Assembly: GCA_013265495.1 (NCBI GenBank)
Contig: MU058879.1
Coordinates: 5,632,468-5,696,467, forward strand
Reading direction: 5' to 3'
DNA: 64,000 bases
DNA from: Vicugna vicugna
Lineage: Eukaryota
The position numbers and the translations under genes were made by a program. This document shows, one piece after another, positions 62,689 to 64,000 of this stretch; position 1 is the stretch's first letter; each line of letters opens with the position of its first letter. The notes beneath the pieces were generated by a model. That model made no database searches, was not told where the DNA came from, and saw only the letters and a list, made by a program, of their open reading frames with translations.

Positions 62689-64000
62689 AAAAGAGCGTAA
62701 ATGAAAACTCAACTAGGAACCTCTGGTTAGTTTCTAAATGAACTACCTTTCACGTATTAAATCCCAAAGATCACTGCGCTGGTAAGTCTGCTGACGGGAG
62801 AGAGTTCTGAAGGTGAGTACGCTGTATTTCGGTTGCACAGTCAGATTAGCTGTCAGAAGGCAATAATCCCTAATATCCAACAGTACTGTCACATTCATCC
62901 CACTCTTAGAGCCTTTGAAAAAAATCCTGGAGCTGGGAAGATGGTGCTGTTACTGCCATTTAACAATGCAGAAAGGTTTGAAGATGTACTACAGCAACCT
63001 GGGTTATCAATGGCAATATCACCGTAGGGTCCATATTCCTAAACCTGTCATTTGAGCCTCCACCCTGAGGTACAGGCATCATATAAAAAACTACGCCATG
63101 CTTTTCCAAAGGCAAAATTTTAACTATAATTTGGAACCAAGGAGTTCTGTTTTCTATACTAAGTAAAAATGAAGAATTTACCCTAATTCAATCTACTTCT
63201 CTTCTGCACACAACGTTTGATGGGGGCTTTTTACCAGTTGCATACAGATAGCATGGAATGATCCGAAATGGACACTATAGCCCAGAGCATGGCGATATTC
63301 TGAGGCTGCCCTAGAAAGACGCTGGTAAACGCTTATCTATAACATTAAACAAAGATTTGGAAGATGGAAGGAAATTACTGCCTATGTTAAAATGAAAAAA
63401 AATAATTAATTGAGATATAAAATTAGAAGAAGTCAGGAAAGAAGCAGAGCTCAAGTAGATAATGAATTTTAATAATTTGGCTTACCAAAATAACCCATAT
63501 ATTCCTGGCAGCATTAATTATTCAGATTCATGTTTAACTTTGTGTTTATTAAATAGTTGTCAAAAGTATACTTATTTTTGGTTCCTGTATCTATGGTTGA
63601 TATTAATTGTGAATTTTAAAGCTTCATCTTTTACAAGCTTTAAATATTACTTTGGACTCTAAAGTTGGAAAGTAAATACATTACTGCTCTGTAAATAATC
63701 CTTAGTCCTTTATTCCACACTTAAAAAACATTTATTTGAGAAGCAAATTCAAAGCCACCAAAAGTTTCTTAAGAGCTCTTTTAAGATATTATAAAGGTAC
63801 CATCTTGTGTAGTACTAGCTAAACAGTGGACTTCTTGTCTTATTGTTATGGCTTTTCATATTTGACAGCACATTGTGTTCTTTGTGCTTCCTAACTACCT
63901 AATCTGAAGACATAGTTGCTAGGGCTGAAGGGGCAACTGCCACCAGAAACCTGTGAAAGCAAATTCATGGATACATTTTATAATATAAGGGGAATATGTA

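Overview
Mammalian, AT-rich, repeat-laden non-coding DNA. It is most likely camelid, because three tRNA-derived SINEs match the camelid Vic-1 family as I recall it. There are five N-gaps. I recognise no cellular protein-coding gene; most ORFs in the track are chance ORFs, repeat-derived or gap artefacts. The main feature is a ~5.06-kb, multiply deleted, two-LTR gamma-like (class I) endogenous retrovirus at 46304-51361 (+), inserted into a MIR. It has a tRNA-His primer-binding site, two NC zinc knuckles and a probable 5-bp TSD, a combination typical of HERV-H/F. Its leader carries four GACG-tetraloop hairpins in a 98-bp-period duplication. It retains remnants of gag, pro, RT, the RNaseH start, the IN end and the env TM tail. 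The rest is a typical eutherian repeat landscape: MIR, L2, L1MC/L1M, MLT1/MLT2, LTR16-type, MER39-type, MER5A1 and a Tc2/Kanga transposon fossil. Splice-site-defined candidate exons suggest an unidentified minus-strand transcript starting at a small CpG patch near 38.6 kb, just downstream of an ETS-IRF/ISRE-like element, with candidate exons at 38.4, 26.2 and 9.8/9.6 kb. Repeat family names come from memory of consensus sequences, not a database search; most non-ERV, non-SINE boundaries are approximate.
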